The position numbers were made by a program, and so were the translations under genes. From contig CAYIGD010000002.1 in NCBI GenBank assembly GCA_964362865.1, forward strand, positions 4,253 through 68,252: a stretch of DNA of 64,000 nucleotides, written 5' to 3'. Source of the stretch: an uncultured Candidatus Saccharibacteria bacterium. GTDB taxonomy: Bacteria; Patescibacteriota; UBA1384; JAGVHQ01. Below are positions 61,523 to 64,000 of the stretch, one piece after another; the first letter of the stretch is position 1, and each line of letters begins with the position of its first letter. The notes under the pieces were generated by a model, which saw only the letters and a list, made by a program, of their open reading frames with translations, was not told the DNA's origin and did no database searches.

Positions 61523-62455
61523 ATGTCGACATTGGTTTCCGATATTGGACGGGGGATATTCGGCGGTCAAATGTCGATATTCCTGTATGTGAAAAAGGGG
61601 GGGCGGCTCACTTTTTCGGTAGTTCGCTACCTAGGATTCATCGGTGTGCACCTACCGATGCTCTATGCCCTACTCTGGGTGCTCGACCGTGGCGGGTTAG
61701 AACGCAACCTAGGGGCTGCCTGGTGGGCAATGCTGTTCACCTTTATTGGGATGCGAGTGGGGATGTCACTTGCGGAGTACTTGTTCCACCGGGACATTCT
61801 CCACGCGGCTCCCTGGCCGTGGGTCAACCGCTTTTATAGAGCGCATGAACTCCATCATGCGCTCACGCCGGCCAAGGCCTACGCCATTGAGAAAGAAGAA
61901 CAACTCGAGGCGGCCGTGTTTCCCGCCTACACGCTCCTCGCGTTTTGGGCTGTGTTCAGTTGCCTGATTGTGCCAGGGCAACTGTTAATCCCTCAGGTCC
62001 CCATCTATCTCGGCGGATATATGGCGATCGTTTCGGCGCTGGTTGACTATGAGATCATGCACGCCGCCTTCCATCGGCCCTATGCGTGGTGGCAGCGGTA
62101 CCTGGAGCATTCCCTGCCCTGGGTGCGTTGGATGGCTGACCGAGCATACAAGTACCACCTCATGCACCATGAGTGCAATACGTGCAATGAAGCCATTGCC
62201 GGATGCGGCTATTACGCGGTCTGGGACAAGTGGTTCAAAACACTCAAGATGCCAAAACACCCGCTTGTGGAGGGCACACTCGATCCGCGCGAAGATCTCG
62301 AGGCGCCGATTGCCTCGAGATTTATCCGCAGGCTTGATTGTGCGGTAGCAATTCATCAAGCGATATGGAAGTTGGAAGAAAGTACGGGACAAAAGCTAAC
62401 CCGTGAGGAAAAAAGCAAAATTGTCGCACAAAAAAGAGTTCGCTGCGCGTTGTAG
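61523..62455 (+). CDS. Fatty acid hydroxylase / sterol desaturase superfamily integral membrane protein
   Basis: Hydrophobic N-terminal half with four His boxes: HRDILH, HELHH, HAAFH and HLMHH. A strong RBS (AAGGGGTGAG) lies 6 nt upstream of the ATG. A rho-independent terminator follows immediately. Confidence 0.7.
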   Translation: MSTLVSDIGRGIFGGQMSIFLYVKKGGRLTFSVVRYLGFIGVHLPMLYALLWVLDRGGLERNLGAAWWAMLFTFIGMRVGMSLAEYLFHRDILHAAPWPWVNRFYRAHELHHALTPAKAYAIEKEEQLEAAVFPAYTLLAFWAVFSCLIVPGQLLIPQVPIYLGGYMAIVSALVDYEIMHAAFHRPYAWWQRYLEHSLPWVRWMADRAYKYHLMHHECNTCNEAIAGCGYYAVWDKWFKTLKMPKHPLVEGTLDPREDLEAPIASRFIRRLDCAVAIHQAIWKLEESTGQKLTREEKSKIVAQKRVRCAL

Positions 62456-62471
62456 TGAGAAAGGGGTGTCG

Positions 62472-62503
62472 CGGCCGGGGCAGAGTGCCCCGGCCGTTTT
62501 TTT
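62472..62503 (+). terminator. Rho-independent terminator
   Basis: CGGCCGGGG-cagagtg-CCCCGGCCG followed by TTTTTTT. It also sits 3' of the convergent ferredoxin gene and could act bidirectionally. Confidence 0.7.
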
Positions 62504-62508
62504 ATTTG

Positions 62509-62751
62509 TTACGGATAGATCTGTTTACCGCTTTTATCTTTGAGGATAATCGCGTTCACCGGGCAGGATTGAGCTGCGTCGCGAATGGTTTTGGAATCCG
62601 CTCCATTTGGGTTTTTGACAATCGCAATTCCTTCACTGTCGAGCTCAAAAACGTCGGGCGCGATCGCCACACAACTGGCAGAGCCAATGCACAGCTTTCG
62701 ATCAACCTCAACCGAGCCGATTTCTTCAGAGTTCGCGCTGGGATCTGCCAT
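62509..62751 (-). CDS. Small ferredoxin (single [3Fe-4S]/[4Fe-4S] cluster type)
   Basis: 80 aa with CIGSASCVAIAPDVFE...CPVNAI, the Cys pattern of single-cluster ferredoxins. Confidence 0.8.
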   Translation of the reverse strand: MADPSANSEEIGSVEVDRKLCIGSASCVAIAPDVFELDSEGIAIVKNPNGADSKTIRDAAQSCPVNAIILKDKSGKQIYP

Positions 62752-63153
62752 CTAATCCTCGACGTTCACTGTGCCAATCGCCGACGGATTTAAGTGGTTA
62801 TGGTATCCGAACGAACCGACCTTGTCAAAGGTAAAAGAATAGGTAGCACCCGCTTGAAGTTCATCCGATTCAAATCCGCTCAATCCCGTATGAGCGGGGT
62901 GGGGGTTAGAGGCAACCTGCACCGTGCCGCCGTTGACGGTCCAGGTAACGGTTGTTTCCCTTTTCACGATAATGGTCGCAGGGTTAAAATTGTTGGATGT
63001 CGCACTCACTTCGTTTACAAATGCGTTTGGCTCTTGTTGTTCCTCGGTAGTAACTGGCCCCTCTAAAGTAGGATTACTGCGATTTTTGGCAAAAAACCAA
63101 ATCCCGACGGCCACAACAAGCACGATCACGATCACAAGCCATATTTTAGACAC
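62752..63153 (-). CDS. Membrane-anchored cupredoxin-like domain protein (no Cys ligand)
   Basis: N-terminal TM followed by the cupredoxin-type pattern FNPATIIV...TVTWTVNGG...H...GATYSFTF...GSFGYHNHLNPSAIGTVNV. His residues are retained but the type-1 copper Cys is absent. Its stop abuts the ferredoxin start. Confidence 0.45.
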   Translation of the reverse strand: MSKIWLVIVIVLVVAVGIWFFAKNRSNPTLEGPVTTEEQQEPNAFVNEVSATSNNFNPATIIVKRETTVTWTVNGGTVQVASNPHPAHTGLSGFESDELQAGATYSFTFDKVGSFGYHNHLNPSAIGTVNVED

Positions 63154-63162
63154 TTTGACCTC

Positions 63163-64000
63163 CTAATGTACTTTGACTATAACAGAACGGTTTGGAATTT
63201 TGCGCAGAAGCCCTGCGGTTGATCCGACGTGGCGGACAACACTGGCGGAATTGAGGGTTGCCTTGCGTAGGGCATTGCGCGGGTCTTCTTGGGTAAGCAG
63301 CGTAGCGAAAAACGTAGACGCGAACGCGTCTCCGGCACCCGTGGAATCCACCATCGGGACGCGGGGAGCTACAGCTTCGAGCGTGAGCCCGTCGAACAAG
63401 AGCAGTGAACCATATTTTCCCTTGGTAATGACGCAATACGGCGTGCTAAGATCGCGGAAAAACTGCTCTGCTTGGCGCAAAGTTTCCTCACCGCTCACGC
63501 GTGCTGCTTCGGATTCGTTCAAAATTAAGACATCAACAAGTTCGGCGTTCGCTTGAAATCGGCGTTGATCGGCAAAGTCAAGCGCCCCGGGCGTCCAGCA
63601 GATCTTCATTCTGTGCCCTCGCGCGCTTTTGAAGATTCGGTATGTTTGCGTCGGCGCAAGATGATGCGCGCTGTAGTAGAGTGCCGTGCCATTGTGCAAA
63701 CGCACCAGCATATCCTGAGCACTCAGCGCATGCGAGCCGACATCATAGGTAAAGATCGTGCGCTCTCCTGATTTAGTGAGGATGATGAACGATTCCCCAG
63801 TCGGCTGGTGGGAAACTTCTGCGAGAGACCGGATCCTTTCTTTGTGGCAGTGGGCCAACACATCCACCCGTGCGTGATCTTCGCCTACCGTGGAAATCAG
63901 GTAGGGCGTATGGCCGAGACGCGCAAAACAGGTCGCGGCATTCAGCGCTCCGCCCCCGACCGTGCGGGTAACACGGGTAAGGTCAATTTTTGCCCCGAGC
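63163..64000 (-). CDS. PfkB-family carbohydrate kinase (ribokinase-like), 5' end beyond the window
   Basis: C-terminal DSTGAGDAFASTFFATLL motif. Manual minus-strand translation upstream of 63867 continues open to the window edge and contains GGGALNAATCFARLGH, a Gly-rich sugar-binding motif. Confidence 0.8.
   Translation of the reverse strand, partial: LGAKIDLTRVTRTVGGGALNAATCFARLGHTPYLISTVGEDHARVDVLAHCHKERIRSLAEVSHQPTGESFIILTKSGERTIFTYDVGSHALSAQDMLVRLHNGTALYYSAHHLAPTQTYRIFKSARGHRMKICWTPGALDFADQRRFQANAELVDVLILNESEAARVSGEETLRQAEQFFRDLSTPYCVITKGKYGSLLLFDGLTLEAVAPRVPMVDSTGAGDAFASTFFATLLTQEDPRNALRKATLNSASVVRHVGSTAGLLRKIPNRSVIVKVH

Noticed and set aside
1-64000. CRISPR arrays, integrases/transposases, and prophage or IS boundaries
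   Set aside because: I saw no direct-repeat or spacer periodicity, no recombinase-like ORFs and no flanking direct repeats. The only notable repeats are two isolated perfect hairpins.

Overview
This 64 kb window is from a compact bacterial genome of roughly 50% GC, and it is dominated by the core translation and transcription machinery. About 33 kb (8.4-41.7 kb) on the minus strand is an almost uninterrupted, tightly overlapping array: obg-rpoB-rpoC-rpsL-rpsG-fusA-tuf-rpsJ-rplCDWB-rpsS-rplV-rpsC-rplP-rpmC-rpsQ-rplNXE-rpsZ-rpsH-rplFR-rpsE-rplO-secY-adk-map-infA-rpmJ-rpsMKD-rpoA-rplQ-rplM-rpsI-rbfA-pheST. It is flanked by leuS-rpmF-nusB-rnc on the plus strand and by infB, cdaA-cdaR, gyrB-gyrA, a surface-polysaccharide cluster, a sufCBDSU operon and a small redox gene cluster. 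I found no tRNA, rRNA, CRISPR array or mobile element. Several features suggest a CPR/Patescibacteria-like lineage, though this is inference: rpmD (L30) is absent between rpsE and rplO, RpoA appears to lack the alpha-CTD, many ribosomal proteins carry lysine-rich C-terminal tails, Obg and SufD are short, and there is a type IV pilin and a DUF4012-like protein. The most unusual loci are two foreign-looking genes embedded in the spc operon, an N-terminal trio of a Gly/Asp-rich beta-helix surface protein plus a PEBP protein plus a pilin, a PaaX-like (Cas2-fold) regulator, an RpoA without alpha-CTD, and a GC-rich fatty-acid-hydroxylase-family gene with its own terminator beside a ferredoxin/cupredoxin-like/kinase operon. 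Two real genes missed by the ORF track (rpmF and rpmJ) were recovered by manual translation.
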